Shown piece after piece: positions 50,860 through 51,294 of a DNA stretch of 51,294 nt; position 1 is the first letter of the stretch, and the number at the start of each line of letters is the position of its first letter. The notes beneath the pieces were generated by a model, which was not told the origin of the DNA, ran no database searches, and was given only the letters and a program-made list of their open reading frames with translations. The DNA lies in assembly GCA_002441245.1 (NCBI GenBank), contig DJVP01000011.1:1-51294 (forward strand). Direction: 5' to 3'. This stretch comes from Candidatus Omnitrophica bacterium UBA6253. Its GTDB lineage: Bacteria; Omnitrophota; Gorgyraeia; Gygaellales; Profunditerraquicolaceae. The position numbers and the translations under genes are program-made.

Positions 50860-51294
50860 ATGCCTAATTACCAGTATAAGTGCAGGGATAAGTTTAGTAA
50901 AGAGACCCGCGGTGTAATGGAGGCCGAAAGTGAAGATGCTGTAGCCCAAAGGTTAATCCGGATGGGGTTTACTCCGGTTTCTATAACAGAGGAAAAAGAG
51001 ACCGGACGCAGCAATAAATTTTCAGGCTCAGGTATCCGGATAAAGTTTTCCGAATTGAATATGTTTACCCGCCAATTAGCAACCCTGCAGAAGGCAGGCC
51101 TGCCAATCCTGCTTTCCTTGAATGCTTTAGCCGAACAGGCGCAAAACAAAGTTTTTAAAGAAGTAATTGGCCAAATAATACGGGATATTGAATCAGGTTC
51201 AAGTTTATCCGGGGCACTGGAGAAATACCCAAGAATATTTAACAACCTTTATTTAAACATGGTTGCTTCGGGGGAGGCAGGCGGCAGACTGGAT
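50860..51294 (+). CDS. Second GspF/PilC-family platform protein (3'-partial; runs off the window)
   Basis: This ORF is not in the track because it has no stop codon. ATG 50860 opens a frame that stays open to 51294: MPNYQYKCRDKFSKETRGVMEAESEDAVAQRLIRMGFTPVSI...FTRQLATLQKAGLPILLSLNAL...YLNMVASGEAGG. The sequence parallels the N-terminus of the first GspF. Confidence 0.8.
   Translation, partial: MPNYQYKCRDKFSKETRGVMEAESEDAVAQRLIRMGFTPVSITEEKETGRSNKFSGSGIRIKFSELNMFTRQLATLQKAGLPILLSLNALAEQAQNKVFKEVIGQIIRDIESGSSLSGALEKYPRIFNNLYLNMVASGEAGGRLD

Noticed and set aside
50868-51245. A 125-aa minus-strand ORF at the 3' end of the window
   Set aside because: The + strand frame from ATG 50860 encodes an unmistakable GspF/PilC N-terminus that parallels the first GspF. 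The minus-strand ORF is its shadow.
1-51294. Mobile elements, prophage, defence islands, and tRNA or rRNA genes
   Set aside because: No transposase, integrase, recombinase, terminal inverted repeats, phage structural genes, restriction/CRISPR-Cas-like genes or cloverleaf-sized conserved intergenic segments were recognised. All intergenic gaps are under 360 nt and are accounted for above.

Overview
This is a 51.3-kb bacterial window in which every credible gene lies on the + strand, with short or overlapping gene junctions. No rRNA, tRNA, CRISPR array, transposase or integrase was seen by eye.

Gene content in order:
1. The last 12.7 kb of a giant ORF that is open to the 5' window edge (more than 4,220 aa). 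It encodes 20 tandem beta-rich modules in strict two-subtype alternation, then 9 modules of a second family, a mixed helical/beta stalk and one C-terminal TM anchor.
2. A signal-peptide HEXXH-X18-E metallopeptidase.
3. A receiver-GGDEF diguanylate cyclase whose phospho-acceptor Asp is replaced by Glu. Its stop codon overlaps the start of an F-type ATPase c-subunit gene.
4. F-type ATPase genes c, a b-delta fusion, alpha, gamma and beta, with no a-subunit gene. They run directly into a T2SS/T4P-like set: GspE/PilB, an epsilon-like 79-aa protein (N-domain only) wedged between GspE and GspF, GspF/PilC, pseudopilins G/I/J/K, a PilM-PilN fusion and a PilO-like protein.
5. pabB, a PAS histidine kinase plus CheY-like regulator, a consensus promoter with a terminator, an unannotated Cys/His small ORF, a DEAD-box helicase and an MFS transporter.
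6. nikR, a porin, cbiM/nikM and a PDGLE protein. These are separated from cbiQ-cbiO-cupin by hldD, gcvT-H-PA-PB, an LplA/LipM-family enzyme, lipA and thyX.
7. A multi-TM sensor kinase, a paralogous CheY-like regulator and a second GspE/GspF pair cut by the 3' edge.

The main candidate for a novel system is the contiguous train of giant fibre protein, peptidase, c-di-GMP module, atypical F-type ATPase and T2SS-like machinery (nt 1-27270). The gene style resembles giant-gene/T2SS loci reported from uncultivated small-celled lineages such as Ca. Omnitrophota, but taxonomy cannot be established from this window.
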